A stretch of DNA of 64,000 nt from an uncultured Spirochaetota bacterium (GCA_963835575.1 CAWIGG010000002.1:512001-576000); one strand, 5' to 3'. Shown: positions 29,614 to 40,122, counted from the stretch's first letter. Program-made: numbers and translations. The notes: generated from the letters alone by a model not told the origin.

Positions 29614-31551
29614 ATGAAAAGCTGCTATGGCGGTATAATTTCAAGATTAATATTAATAACGGTTTGTTTTGTCGCTTTCCAGCGAAGTATTATATTTCCG
29701 GAAGAAACAGGCATTAATGCCAAGTTTTATCTGGATGCGGGAATTAATTTATACAAGCAGGAGAAGTATTTTGATGCTATCGATTCATTCCGGAATGCGC
29801 TTGAAATCAACCCGTATTACGGTGATGCTTATAAATATATGGCTGAAGTCTATTTTGTTCTGGGCGAATATCAGGTAAGCCTTGAAAATTCCCTGAATGC
29901 CTTAAAATATGCGAACAATGACCCGGATGCGATGCTTTTAGTGGCTAATTCTTACCGGGAATTGGGTCAGTATGATCAGTCCGTCCGTTATTATAATACG
30001 ATTATCAGTAAATTTCCCTCCTATGTCGAGGTTTACCGGAATCTGGCTGAACTCTATATGAAAATGAATAAACTGCCGCTGGCTTTATCTACACTGAATA
30101 AAGCTGACAGGATCAATAAAAATTACTGGAAAAATTATATTTCTTTCGGAAACTATTATCTAAAAAATAATGATCCCGCTAAAGCCGAGGATTATTTCCA
30201 TAAGGCTTTTATAATTAATCCCTCGGAAAGAATTGTTTATGTAACTCTGGCTGATTTCTACAGGTCGGAAGGAAATTACGATGAAGCCATTGCACTTTTG
30301 GAAAGCGGTGAAAAGCTTTTTAATAATTTTTATTCAGGCATCCTTTTATTGGCGGATTGTTATTTAAGCAAAGCTGTCCTGTCAGGCAGAGGCTATGACA
30401 AAGCGATTGAAAAATATGTCTGGATAAAAGACAACAATCTGCAGAAAGATATACATTTCAAGAGCAGTCTGTATTATAAAATCGGTTTTGCCTATGAAAC
30501 TATTGATGTTAATAAAGCTGTTGAGAATTACAGAGAGGCTTTGAAAATTGATCCAGGCAATGAATTTGTCAGAAACGCCTTTGAGTATTTTGTTATGAGT
30601 TGTTTTAAGGTCGACTCTCCTGTTAGAAAAGAATTGGCGTTATTTCATTTGAATGCGTCTGAAGAATATTATAAAAAAGGGGAGAATAAAACGTACTTTT
30701 TTCATCTCAAAAGGTCAATAACTCTTTATCCATTACTGATAGAACCCAGAAGGAAATTGGTCAGCTATTTTGAATCAAGAAAAGATACTTTTAATGCTTA
30801 TCAGGAGTTGAAATCGCTGTCAAAAGTCGATCCCAGTATTAAAGTCAGGGATAAAATAGAAAATTATGAGTGGATGATCAAGAATAATAAAATTAAACTG
30901 GAACCCCAGAATTATTATAATTACAATGGGCTTTTTCTTGTCCAGGCTGATTATCTTAATTTTCCGAAGGTTTATGCTGATATTCTGCTTTATAATTCTC
31001 AGTACTATAATAAATTCAAGTTATCAACCATGGATTACCGAAAAGAACAAGGCATTAATGCCGTATTAGAGTATTTGCGGGCAAATAATTACAGCTTTTT
31101 TGTCATCGGCGCAATGGACAAATCTCTTTCTTATATGCAGTTCATGTTGTATGATAAAAACGGCAAATTAATAGATGCTTTAACCGAAAGTTATAAAATG
31201 GAAGAAATGAACACTTCAGTCAATCGTTTTTTAGAATGGATGGATAATGTATTTCCTTCCATCTGGACTATCGGAGATGAAACCTCTCCGGAAGTTTATT
31301 ACCTGTCAGCAGGCGGAATGAATGGAATGAAAAATAGTGAGACGTTTGTTGCTTTTGATGTGGCCGAGGATGGATTTAAACCGCTGTCTTTTTTAAAAAT
31401 AAAAAATTTAGAGGATTATTATTCTTTAATCAGTATTGTGTCGAATTATAAAGAGAGAAATTATGAGCCTTTAAAAGATAAATTCGTAATCAGGAACGAG
31501 TATTTCTCTCCAAAATACTTGACAAATTTAAAAAGGATTTTAGGATATTAG
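29614..31551 (+). CDS. Exported tetratricopeptide repeat protein
   Basis: N-terminal hydrophobic segment; multiple TPR motifs such as AIDSFRNALEINP and AVENYREALKIDP. Confidence 0.88.
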   Translation: MKSCYGGIISRLILITVCFVAFQRSIIFPEETGINAKFYLDAGINLYKQEKYFDAIDSFRNALEINPYYGDAYKYMAEVYFVLGEYQVSLENSLNALKYANNDPDAMLLVANSYRELGQYDQSVRYYNTIISKFPSYVEVYRNLAELYMKMNKLPLALSTLNKADRINKNYWKNYISFGNYYLKNNDPAKAEDYFHKAFIINPSERIVYVTLADFYRSEGNYDEAIALLESGEKLFNNFYSGILLLADCYLSKAVLSGRGYDKAIEKYVWIKDNNLQKDIHFKSSLYYKIGFAYETIDVNKAVENYREALKIDPGNEFVRNAFEYFVMSCFKVDSPVRKELALFHLNASEEYYKKGENKTYFFHLKRSITLYPLLIEPRRKLVSYFESRKDTFNAYQELKSLSKVDPSIKVRDKIENYEWMIKNNKIKLEPQNYYNYNGLFLVQADYLNFPKVYADILLYNSQYYNKFKLSTMDYRKEQGINAVLEYLRANNYSFFVIGAMDKSLSYMQFMLYDKNGKLIDALTESYKMEEMNTSVNRFLEWMDNVFPSIWTIGDETSPEVYYLSAGGMNGMKNSETFVAFDVAEDGFKPLSFLKIKNLEDYYSLISIVSNYKERNYEPLKDKFVIRNEYFSPKYLTNLKRILGY

Positions 31552-31575
31552 AATGACCGCTGTGAGGAGGGCGTA

Positions 31576-33660
31576 ATGGGCTGGAATGTGAGTTTTTGGA
31601 TTGAAGCCATCATAGCAATTTTCTTCGGGCTCCTGATGCTTATCAATAGTTTCAGATATAAAGAAAGAATGTTCCGGCTGATGTTTTTCCTTTTCTTTAT
31701 TCTGATGGTCAAATCATTTGTCTATATTTCTCTCCGATTAACTGATGTATCATGGACTCTGGTTCAAACAACATCCGGTGTAAAGAAAGTCCTGGAAGAA
31801 AGCATGGTTCCGCTTTATAACTTGAAGTATATCATATTCCAGGCGCTCGAATTTATTTATCTTATGATGTTTTATTACATTATAATGTCCAACCGTAAAA
31901 AAGCTGAGGAAAAGAGCAGCAGAGGGACATTTATTTTTACCGGGCTGCTTATTTTAATATCAATATTATTTACTTCGGCAGTTATTTATCTTTCTGTCCA
32001 ATATGGAGATAGAGAGAATTTTAAAACTAATTTTGAAGCTCTTGAATTAATCAAATCGACTTTCGGAACGTGGATATTTACAATTGCAAAATTAATTGTC
32101 ATTATCATAATATGGAGGACTGTAAATCTTGTATCCGGTTATATAGCCAGCCAGGTTAAGATTATTAATATATATAGAAGACTCATATATATATATCTGA
32201 CTATTGAATTTATATTTAATCTTTTCTCGCCAATAAATTACTATGCTCAGCCCGGTTGGTTTGCTTTACAGATTATTGCCATTCTTTTGATTTGTGTTTT
32301 TGCTTTCGGCGTTCATACAGGTTTTATTAAGTCGGTTCAGGATAGAGTGGAAAGCCTGATTAAAGAAAAGGATAGTCTTATTGTTCTGATGAAAGAGATC
32401 AGCCTTGTTGTGGGCGGCGGTGAATTTGAGATTGAAACAGTCATCAGAGCTATTGTTGATAATTCCGTCAAAGGGACCATTGCACGCGGCGGTGTCATGT
32501 TCCTTAAAGATAAAATCACAAACCGGCTTGTTGTTAAATATATAAAAGGTCTATATCCTCCGACAAAACCTTTAAAGAATATCCAGAATTTAACACTGAC
32601 GGAAAATATAATCATTGAAAAGCTGAGAGCGGAAAAGCTCGCCATTGGAGAAGGTTTAATCGGACAGGTCGCTGAAAACGGGAAATCCATTTATATTCCC
32701 GATGTCTCAAAAGATGAGCGTTTTGTACAGACTGTAAGCGACCATCTTATGGTCAGTTCTTTCCTGGCTGTTCCCCTGAAAACAAGGGATGATGTATTCG
32801 GTGTGCTGTCTGTTGTTGACGATTCAAAGATGTTTTTAGAAAACGACTTAAGTCTTCTGGAAACACTGGGCGAACAGGCCGCTATCACAATTACGCAGGT
32901 CCAGATGTACCAGGAAGTATTAGAGAAAAAACAGGCGGAAAAAGAACTTGGCGTTGCAGGAGAAATTCAGGCTTCGCTTATTCCGCATTCTTTTCCTCAG
33001 TCTGATAAGTTTGATATATTCGGTTTTTCCATTCCCGCAAAAGGTGTGGGCGGAGACTATTATGATTATATCGATTTTGGAAATAACAAGGTTGTTTTAA
33101 CGATGTTTGATGTTTCCGGAAAGGGGGTTCCAGCCGCGCTGATCATGGTTATGATCCGCAGTATTTTAAGAACCGTTGCTACTCTTAATGAAGACACAAA
33201 GGATGTCATCGCGCGGCTGAATAATACAATTGCCGCGGAAATAGTTGAAGACCGTTATGCAACCGGTTTTTACTTGCTTTTTGATGCGGAAAAAGGTATA
33301 ATGAGTTATACGAATGCGGGGCATGGTCCATTGATTCTCTATAGATCAGCTTCGGATGATTTTGAGTTTCTGGATACTGAAGGAATGCCGATCGGAATTA
33401 TGTCGGGAGTAGAATACGGTCAGAATTATACAATTCTGGAAAAAGGTGATATTGCTATTCTCTATACGGATGGAATCAGCGAGGCAATGAACTTGGCCCA
33501 TGAGGAATTCGGGCTGGAAAGGTTTAAGGAAGTGATCAGGAATTATAAAAAAGAAGGGGCGAAAGAAATCTGTAATAGAGTTCTGGAAGCAGTAACCAGT
33601 TTCGGCGGGACTGCGCCTCAGCATGATGATGAGACTTTACTTGTTTTGAAGAGTAAATGA
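31576..33660 (+). CDS. Multi-TM GAF-SpoIIE (RsbU-like) PP2C phosphatase
   Basis: About 7 TM helices, GAF (GEGLIGQVAE), VGGDYYD, DVSGKGVPAAL, YTDGISEA, QHDD. Confidence 0.92.
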   Translation: MGWNVSFWIEAIIAIFFGLLMLINSFRYKERMFRLMFFLFFILMVKSFVYISLRLTDVSWTLVQTTSGVKKVLEESMVPLYNLKYIIFQALEFIYLMMFYYIIMSNRKKAEEKSSRGTFIFTGLLILISILFTSAVIYLSVQYGDRENFKTNFEALELIKSTFGTWIFTIAKLIVIIIIWRTVNLVSGYIASQVKIINIYRRLIYIYLTIEFIFNLFSPINYYAQPGWFALQIIAILLICVFAFGVHTGFIKSVQDRVESLIKEKDSLIVLMKEISLVVGGGEFEIETVIRAIVDNSVKGTIARGGVMFLKDKITNRLVVKYIKGLYPPTKPLKNIQNLTLTENIIIEKLRAEKLAIGEGLIGQVAENGKSIYIPDVSKDERFVQTVSDHLMVSSFLAVPLKTRDDVFGVLSVVDDSKMFLENDLSLLETLGEQAAITITQVQMYQEVLEKKQAEKELGVAGEIQASLIPHSFPQSDKFDIFGFSIPAKGVGGDYYDYIDFGNNKVVLTMFDVSGKGVPAALIMVMIRSILRTVATLNEDTKDVIARLNNTIAAEIVEDRYATGFYLLFDAEKGIMSYTNAGHGPLILYRSASDDFEFLDTEGMPIGIMSGVEYGQNYTILEKGDIAILYTDGISEAMNLAHEEFGLERFKEVIRNYKKEGAKEICNRVLEAVTSFGGTAPQHDDETLLVLKSK

Positions 33661-33693
33661 CGGCTCTGATTTTGAATTTTTCAGGAGGAAGAT

Positions 33694-34029
33694 ATGGAGA
33701 TAAACAGAAGAGAGGTTGGCGATATCGTTATTTTTGATATTAACGGGGAAATTGATCTTTATAATGCTCCGGAAATTAAGGAAAAAATTAAAGACGAACT
33801 GAATAAGAACAAAGTCAATGTCATTATTAATCTGGATAGAGTCAGCTATATTGATAGTTCCGGAATAGGAGTTTTAATTTCCAGCCTTTCTAATTTAAAG
33901 AAGATAGGCGGAGCTTTAAAACTGATAAATGTTTATGCTTCCGTCCGAAAAGTATTTGAGCTCACAAAGCTCACAAGCTTCTTTGATATTTACGATAATG
34001 AAAGTGACGCTTTGGCTGCTTTTAAATAG
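33694..34029 (+). CDS. STAS domain anti-sigma factor antagonist (RsbV/SpoIIAA-like)
   Basis: GEIDLYNAP, VSYIDSSGIG with the conserved phospho-Ser. Confidence 0.95.
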   Translation: MEINRREVGDIVIFDINGEIDLYNAPEIKEKIKDELNKNKVNVIINLDRVSYIDSSGIGVLISSLSNLKKIGGALKLINVYASVRKVFELTKLTSFFDIYDNESDALAAFK

Positions 34030-34074
34030 AGATGCAAAATCGATAATTTAAATTGAGTGATATAATAAGCAAGA

Positions 34075-34122
34075 AGGCATAAGCGTTACTCTGAAAGAAA
34101 GAGTTTCGTTTATGCCTCTTTT
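34075..34122 (+). promoter_or_regulatory. Long hairpin plus U-tract ahead of trpB2 (terminator or attenuator)
   Basis: AGGCATAAGCG...CGTTTATGCCT stem with inner ACTCT/AGAGT, then CTTTT; lies just after TGATATAAT (extended -10, 34058-34066). Confidence 0.5.
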
Positions 34123-34150
34123 GTTAGAGCCCCAATATAGGAGGAAAAAT

Positions 34151-35512
34151 ATGGAAATCCAAAAGATTGATTTGCTGCAAAAAGACATACCTACTTCATG
34201 GTATAATATTCAAGCCGATTTACCCGTTCCCCTTGAACCACCACTTGGTCCGGATAAAAAGCCTGTGACTCCAGATCAATTAAAGGCTATTTTTCCAATG
34301 GCCCTGATTGAACAGGAAGTTTCCCGGGAAAGATGGATAAAAATACCTGAAGAAGTACTGGACGTTTACTGCCGGTACCGGCCTTCCCCTATGTTCAGAG
34401 CTATTCATCTTGAAAAAGCTTTGGGAACTCCCGCTGAGATTTATTATAAGTATGAGGGAATATCTCCGGCCGGATCGCATAAGCCCAATACATCCATAGC
34501 ACAGGCTTTTTATAATAAAAAAGAGGGTGTGAAGCGTTTGACTACCGAAACAGGCGCGGGGCAGTGGGGAAGCGCGCTGGCCCTTGCCGGAAGCCTGTTC
34601 GGACTGGAAGTCAGGATTTATATGGTTAAAGCCAGCTATAATATGAAACCGGCAAGAAAGCAGGTTATGGCAGTCTGGGGAGCGGAATGTATCGCGAGCC
34701 CGAGTAATGAAACGGCATTCGGCAGAAAGCTGCTCGCTGAAAATCCTGAAAATCCTGGAAGCCTTGGAATTGCGATCAGTGAAGCTGTGGAAGAAGCCGC
34801 TTCCAGAAAGGACACGAATTATGCTCTCGGAAGCGTATTAAATCATGTGCTTCTCCATCAGACAATCATCGGCCTTGAAGCGCAGAAACAGATGGAATAT
34901 ATAAAAAGGTATCCGGATGTTGTGATCGGCTGCATCGGCGGCGGAAGCAATTTCGCAGGTGTTTCATTCCCGTTCATTAGGGATAAAATTCAGAAGAATA
35001 AAAAGACAAAAATTGTCGCGGCAGAACCTAAGGCCTGTCCTTCAGTTACCAAAGGCGTGTATGATTATGATTTCGGCGATACAGCCGGAATGACGCCTAT
35101 AATGAAGATGTTTACGCTGGGCCATGGATTTATGCCGCCGTCAATACATGCCGGAGGGCTCCGTTATCATGGTATGGCGCCGCTGGTCAGCGCTGTTGTA
35201 AAGCAGGGATTCGCTGAAGCCAGGGCTTATCATCAAAATGAAGTTTTTGAGGCCGGGCTGCTATTCGCGAGAACTGAAGGAATTGTTCCGGCGCCTGAAA
35301 CATGCCATGCCATCAAAGCGGCAATTGAAGAAGCGGTTATAGCAAAGGAAGAAGGCAAGAAAAAAGTCATTCTCTTCAATTTCAGCGGTCATGGCTTCTT
35401 TGATCTCTCTTCATACCAGATGTACCTTGACGGGAAACTGGAGGATTATGAATATCCGGAAGAAGAAGTCAAGAAGGCATTAAAAGATTTGCCTTTTTAC
35501 TGTAAGGAATAA
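34151..35512 (+). CDS. trpB2: TrpB2-type tryptophan synthase beta-like PLP enzyme
   Basis: GSHKPNT (PLP lysine), [43 protein letters not shown] supports ATG 34151. Confidence 0.93.
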   Translation: MEIQKIDLLQKDIPTSWYNIQADLPVPLEPPLGPDKKPVTPDQLKAIFPMALIEQEVSRERWIKIPEEVLDVYCRYRPSPMFRAIHLEKALGTPAEIYYKYEGISPAGSHKPNTSIAQAFYNKKEGVKRLTTETGAGQWGSALALAGSLFGLEVRIYMVKASYNMKPARKQVMAVWGAECIASPSNETAFGRKLLAENPENPGSLGIAISEAVEEAASRKDTNYALGSVLNHVLLHQTIIGLEAQKQMEYIKRYPDVVIGCIGGGSNFAGVSFPFIRDKIQKNKKTKIVAAEPKACPSVTKGVYDYDFGDTAGMTPIMKMFTLGHGFMPPSIHAGGLRYHGMAPLVSAVVKQGFAEARAYHQNEVFEAGLLFARTEGIVPAPETCHAIKAAIEEAVIAKEEGKKKVILFNFSGHGFFDLSSYQMYLDGKLEDYEYPEEEVKKALKDLPFYCKE

Positions 35513-35518
35513 AATGAG

Positions 35519-35553
35519 AAGAGAAGGGGCTTTTTACCCCTTCTCTTTTTTTT
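35519..35553 (+). terminator. Intrinsic terminator after trpB2
   Basis: AAGAGAAGGGG-loop-CCCCTTCTCTT followed by a T run. Confidence 0.8.
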
Positions 35554-35575
35554 AAAAAAGCTGCGGAGGGGGAGA

Positions 35576-37831
35576 ATGAATAATTTAAGTAATAAGACCG
35601 TTGCTATTATCGGGGCCGGCTTGCTTCAGATCCCGGTGATAAAGGCGGCTAAATCTTTAGGGCTCACAACAGTTGTTGTTGATAAAAATCCTGAGGCGCC
35701 GGGTGTTAAAGAAGCGGACTTACTCATTAATTCCAGCACCCTCGACGCGGAAATGACCTCTATTCTCCTTGAAAAATTCAATAAAGAACAAAGAAAGATT
35801 GACGGGGTTTTAACAGTCGGTACAGACGCCTCTTACACAGTTGCGGTCTGCGCCAAAAAACTAGGCCTGGTTGGAATAGAGCCTGAGGCGGCGCTTAAAG
35901 CTACAGATAAATATCTCATGCGGATGGCTCTGCGGCAGGCAAAGGTGGTTATCCCGGATTTTGAGCTGGTTGATACCTATCAGAAAGCCGTTGAATCAAT
36001 AGAGAGGCTGGGCATAGATTGCGTCATCAAGCCTCAAAAAAACATGGGCGCCAGAGGCGTCCGGCGCATCAATAATATCGATGACCTGAAGGATGGATTT
36101 GAGGAAGCCGTCCGTTATTCCAACACCGGCAAGGTGATTATTGAACAGTATATTGACGCTTCTGAGCTGAGCATAGACGCTCTGGTTTATCAGGATAAGA
36201 TCGCGATCACCGGCATCGCGGACAGGATTATTGAATATGATCCCTATTTTGTCGAGACGGGGCATATTATGCCTTCCCGTCTGGGAGAAGACTTGATCAA
36301 TTTTGCCGTTGAATCATTTAAAAAGGGCATCAAGGCTTTGGGAATTACGGTAGGAGCGGCCAAGGGCGATATTAAAATATCAAACAGCGGCTGTTATATT
36401 GGGGAAATCGCCGCCAGGCTCTCCGGCGGATTTATGTCGGCCTATACTTATCCCTATTCATCGGGAATCGATTTAATGAAAAATATTGTTCTCATATCGC
36501 TGGGACTGCCGCCTGATGATTTGAAACCGGCAAAAAACTGGGTTTCCATAGAGAGGGCCATCATTCCGGCTCCGGGAATCATCAAAGAGATCAATGGTAT
36601 TGAAAAGGCTCAAAAGATAAAGCATGTCGAAAATGTTTTCTTTGACGGAAAAATTGGAGATAAGGTTCAGCCTCCTCATAATAATCTGGACAAATGCGGG
36701 CATATCATAGTCGCCGCGCCGACTTTTAAAGAAGCGCTTCTTGCATCGCATAAAGCCGTCAGTATGATTGAAGTCAGGACGGCTGAAGACGACGATCAAT
36801 TGATTCCGGATAATATAATAAATGAAAGAGCCAGGGCCAGGTTTAACGGACGCTGTTTTGTCTGCCCTGACTGTGACGGAATAAAATGCAGAGGAATGAT
36901 GCCGGGGGTCGGCGGCGCGGGAACGGGAAACGCTTTTATCAATGCCGTCAAACGCATGAGAAGGATTGAGATAGTCCCGAACTATATCAATGACGCCAAA
37001 ATAATTGACACACAAACGGAATTATTCGGCAGAAAGCTGGCATTTCCGATACTGCCGGCTCCTATTACCGGCGCTATTACAAATATGGGCGGGGCTATCG
37101 GCGAACTGGAGCTGGCCAGGGCTGTTGTAAAAGGGGCGAATCAGGCCGGCGTGATCGGCGTTCTGGGAGACGGTGCCACGCCTATAAAGTATAAAATCAG
37201 CATCCGTGTTATACTGGAAAATTTCGGTTTGGCCATTCCTGTATTCAAACCGCGCTTTGATAATAAACTCATTATCGAGAGAATCCAGGCGGCGGAAAGC
37301 GCGGGCGCTCTGGCCGTCGGTATGGATATAGATGCGGCATCTTTTATGACCATGGAACAGAAAAGCCAGAACACGAGCACGAAGAATTTAACAGAACTGA
37401 GGGAATTGCTCTCCTGCACTGAATTGCCGTTTATTCTTAAAGGCATATTATCCCCGAAGGATGCTGAACTTGCGTTAAAGGCCGGATTCAAGGGAATTGT
37501 CGTTTCAAATCATGGCGGAAGGGTTAATGATAATCTGATATCGCCGGTTGATGCTTTGAAGGATATTAAAAAGGCCGTGGGAGACGATGCCGTGATTATA
37601 ATGGACGGCGGCGTGAGGAGCGGCGGCGATGTCCTGAAAAGTATTGCCCTTGGCGCTGATCTGGTCATGATAGGAAGGCCGGTAATGATCGCGGCTGTAG
37701 GAGGCGGGATACAGGGAGTCAGGCAGTATTTTAATAAAATTGCAAATGAACTGCGGAAAATTATGGCTTTTGTCGGTGTTAGAAATATAAAAGAATTAAA
37801 GAATAATGAGAATATGCTGAAGTATGTATAA
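35576..37831 (+). CDS. ATP-grasp ligase fused to Fe-S/FMN-dependent alpha-hydroxy-acid dehydrogenase
   Basis: N half: ATDKYLMR, VIKP..NMGARGV, EQYI, EIAARLSG; C half: CFVCPDCDGIKC, APIT, ILKGI, VSNHGGR, DGGVRSGGD, GRP. Confidence 0.88.
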   Translation: MNNLSNKTVAIIGAGLLQIPVIKAAKSLGLTTVVVDKNPEAPGVKEADLLINSSTLDAEMTSILLEKFNKEQRKIDGVLTVGTDASYTVAVCAKKLGLVGIEPEAALKATDKYLMRMALRQAKVVIPDFELVDTYQKAVESIERLGIDCVIKPQKNMGARGVRRINNIDDLKDGFEEAVRYSNTGKVIIEQYIDASELSIDALVYQDKIAITGIADRIIEYDPYFVETGHIMPSRLGEDLINFAVESFKKGIKALGITVGAAKGDIKISNSGCYIGEIAARLSGGFMSAYTYPYSSGIDLMKNIVLISLGLPPDDLKPAKNWVSIERAIIPAPGIIKEINGIEKAQKIKHVENVFFDGKIGDKVQPPHNNLDKCGHIIVAAPTFKEALLASHKAVSMIEVRTAEDDDQLIPDNIINERARARFNGRCFVCPDCDGIKCRGMMPGVGGAGTGNAFINAVKRMRRIEIVPNYINDAKIIDTQTELFGRKLAFPILPAPITGAITNMGGAIGELELARAVVKGANQAGVIGVLGDGATPIKYKISIRVILENFGLAIPVFKPRFDNKLIIERIQAAESAGALAVGMDIDAASFMTMEQKSQNTSTKNLTELRELLSCTELPFILKGILSPKDAELALKAGFKGIVVSNHGGRVNDNLISPVDALKDIKKAVGDDAVIIMDGGVRSGGDVLKSIALGADLVMIGRPVMIAAVGGGIQGVRQYFNKIANELRKIMAFVGVRNIKELKNNENMLKYV

Positions 37832-38786
37832 ATATATCTATGGTCCTGTGCCGTCGCGGAGGCTTGGAATTTCTCTGGGAGTCGATCTTGTTCCGCTTAA
37901 GGTCTGCAATTTTAATTGCATATATTGCGAATGCGGTAAAAGTACGCGGCTCACTATTGAAAGAAAAGAATATTACCCGGTTCAGGATATTATAAAAGAG
38001 ATCAGGGATTTTCTTTCTAAAAACCCTTCCCCGGATTATATTTCATTTTCCGGTTCTGGAGAACCGACCCTTCATTCCGCTTTAGGATTGATTTTAAGGA
38101 CGCTGAAAAATGAATTTCCTTATTTAAGACTTGCTGTGTTGACAAATGGAAGCCTTCTTTTTCTGGAGGAAGTGCGTCAGGATCTTTTTGCCGCCGACGT
38201 GGTCCTGCCTTCGCTGGATGCCGCTACAGAAGAGGCTTTCATCAGGATTGACAGACCTCATCCCGATGTGAAAGTAAGCGCCGTCATAGAAGGTCTGATA
38301 AAATTCAGCCGTGAATTTAAAAAAATAAAGAGCGGCAATGAACTCTGGCTTGAGGTCTTTATTATTGACGGGATTAATTCCGATGATTATAATATACGGA
38401 AGTTAAAAGAGGCGGTTTTAAAAATAAAACCGGATAAAATCCAGCTTAATACTCTGGACAGACCGGGGACCGAAGCATGGGTTAAGCCCGCTCCTCATGA
38501 AGTTCTGGAAAGGGTTAAGAAGAAGCTGAATCTGGCGAATGTTGAGATTATATCTAAATATAAGTATAGATCGGATTTAAAGGCTTACAGTAAGGATATT
38601 GAGGGAATAATACTGCAGACTCTGATAAGAAGACCGTCTACAGTGGAGGATTTAACGGAAATATTGGGGGAGCCTGTTACCGAAGTCAGGAAATATGTAG
38701 ACATTTTATTGTATGAGAAAAAAATAAAAGCAGAAATAATTAGCGATTTAAAGCACAGAGGGATATTTTATAAGGTATTGAATTAA
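37824..38786 (+). CDS. Radical SAM protein
   Basis: YGPVPSRRLGISLG, CNFNCIYC, SGSGEPTL; overlaps the upstream stop. Confidence 0.92.
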   Translation: MYKYIYGPVPSRRLGISLGVDLVPLKVCNFNCIYCECGKSTRLTIERKEYYPVQDIIKEIRDFLSKNPSPDYISFSGSGEPTLHSALGLILRTLKNEFPYLRLAVLTNGSLLFLEEVRQDLFAADVVLPSLDAATEEAFIRIDRPHPDVKVSAVIEGLIKFSREFKKIKSGNELWLEVFIIDGINSDDYNIRKLKEAVLKIKPDKIQLNTLDRPGTEAWVKPAPHEVLERVKKKLNLANVEIISKYKYRSDLKAYSKDIEGIILQTLIRRPSTVEDLTEILGEPVTEVRKYVDILLYEKKIKAEIISDLKHRGIFYKVLN

Positions 38787-38831
38787 TACTTAATTTAAGG
38801 TTAATAAATGTTATTTGAAAGGGAGTATCTA

Positions 38832-39794
38832 ATGCCGCTGAAACTTCGATTCCAATTAATCAAAAAGATTGTATTGATATCCGGTTTGTTATTTTTATTC
38901 CAGATTGAGTCTTTTTCAAAGGAATATGTTAAAGTTTATTATTTAAAGGCAAATGATCATGAATATGTGTTTTACGCGGATAATGAAAATTATTGCCCTT
39001 ATCAGCTGCAGGTCAGCTTGAAAAATCCCGAGCTGCTCTGGATCAGCACAAATATGCCTTTTTATACAAAAATAAACGCGCAGGAGAAGGGTGTATATCT
39101 ATTCAGCATTATTACATGGAGGAATCCTTCCAATTATATCAATTATTTTATTAAAACTGCCATCGGTGATCCGGATGCTGTTCCGGATACGAATTATGTT
39201 TATTACCTGCCGTACGAAGAAGGGGCCTTTTATAAGGTCAATCAGGGTTATAAGGAAAGGTTTTCCCATCATGGATGGATCAGATATTCTCTGGATTTCG
39301 GTTTATGTACAGGAACAAAAGTCTGCGCGGCAAGGGAAGGGATTGTTGTTGATGTCAAAGACGATTCCGATAAAGGCGGCATGAGGTCTTTCTACAGTAA
39401 TTATGCTAATTTTATTACGGTTTATCATAAAGACGGGAGTTTTTCTCAATATGTCCACCTTAAGAAAAACGGAAGCCTGGTCAAGGTTGGAGATATTGTT
39501 AAAAAGGGTCAGGTTATAGGTTATAGCGGAAATACAGGCCGCTCAAAGGGTCCGCATCTTCATTTTATGGTTTTTAGAGCGACAGAGATGGGCAGGGATA
39601 CTATTCCTACTTATTTTTTAGGGCCCAATAACGCAGCGATCAGTCTGTACAGAAAAAGGTTTTATTATTCCTACCGGTTTGACCAGAGTAATACCGCGTC
39701 TAGTGGCTTATTGACAAACCAAACATTGAAAGTCACGATTTCTGTCAATACGAATAAAAAAGATACCTCCGATATCAACCAGGGAGGATTATGA
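38832..39794 (+). CDS. M23 family metallopeptidase, exported
   Basis: H...YSLDF, YVHL, VKKGQVIGYSGNTGRSKGPHLHF. Confidence 0.9.
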   Translation: MPLKLRFQLIKKIVLISGLLFLFQIESFSKEYVKVYYLKANDHEYVFYADNENYCPYQLQVSLKNPELLWISTNMPFYTKINAQEKGVYLFSIITWRNPSNYINYFIKTAIGDPDAVPDTNYVYYLPYEEGAFYKVNQGYKERFSHHGWIRYSLDFGLCTGTKVCAAREGIVVDVKDDSDKGGMRSFYSNYANFITVYHKDGSFSQYVHLKKNGSLVKVGDIVKKGQVIGYSGNTGRSKGPHLHFMVFRATEMGRDTIPTYFLGPNNAAISLYRKRFYYSYRFDQSNTASSGLLTNQTLKVTISVNTNKKDTSDINQGGL

Positions 39795-39821
39795 TATCTG
39801 TCTTACTATAATAATCAAATA

Positions 39822-39862
39822 CAATAAAAAACCGTCCTGTAGTACAGGACGGTTTTTTATTG
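39822..39862. terminator. Bidirectional-type intrinsic terminator
   Basis: Perfect inverted repeat CAATAAAAAACCGTCCTGTA-G-TACAGGACGGTTTTTTATTG. Confidence 0.85.
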
Positions 39863-39971
39863 AAACGGTTTATCATTTTAGAATTAAATTCCTATTGATG
39901 TTTTTCTTTTTATAATATAAAATAGCTGAAATGGAGGTAAGCATGAAAATACCCCCTTTTTTGCTGTTTAA

Positions 39972-40108
39972 AGACTTTTGCACGGTTTCCGCAAACCATT
40001 AACGGATAATTAAATAGAAACCGTGCAAAAGTCCGGTTTAAAGCGGCAATTTATTGCCTAAAGTTTTATCAGGCAGCGAATTATCTTAAGTTTACTGTGC
40101 AAAGGTCT
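39972..40108. mobile_element. 137-bp MITE-like element, family B
   Basis: Ends AGACTTTTGCAC / GTGCAAAGGTCT, flanked by TAA on both sides; internal perfect 17-bp IR GACTTTTGCACGGTTTC / GAAACCGTGCAAAAGTC. Confidence 0.65.
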
Positions 40109-40122
40109 TAAACCAGATTAAG

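Noticed and set aside
34151..39794. trpB2 as part of a natural-product cluster with the ATP-grasp fusion
   Set aside because: A strong terminator at 35519-35553 separates trpB2 from the downstream genes; no precursor peptide or carrier protein is visible.
39990..40085. c-di-GMP-I riboswitch look-alike (GCAAACC...GCAAAA...CCTAA...GGCAGC)
   Set aside because: No GAAA-capped P2 stem or correct spacing; the perfect 17-bp inverted repeat and terminal repeats fit a MITE better.
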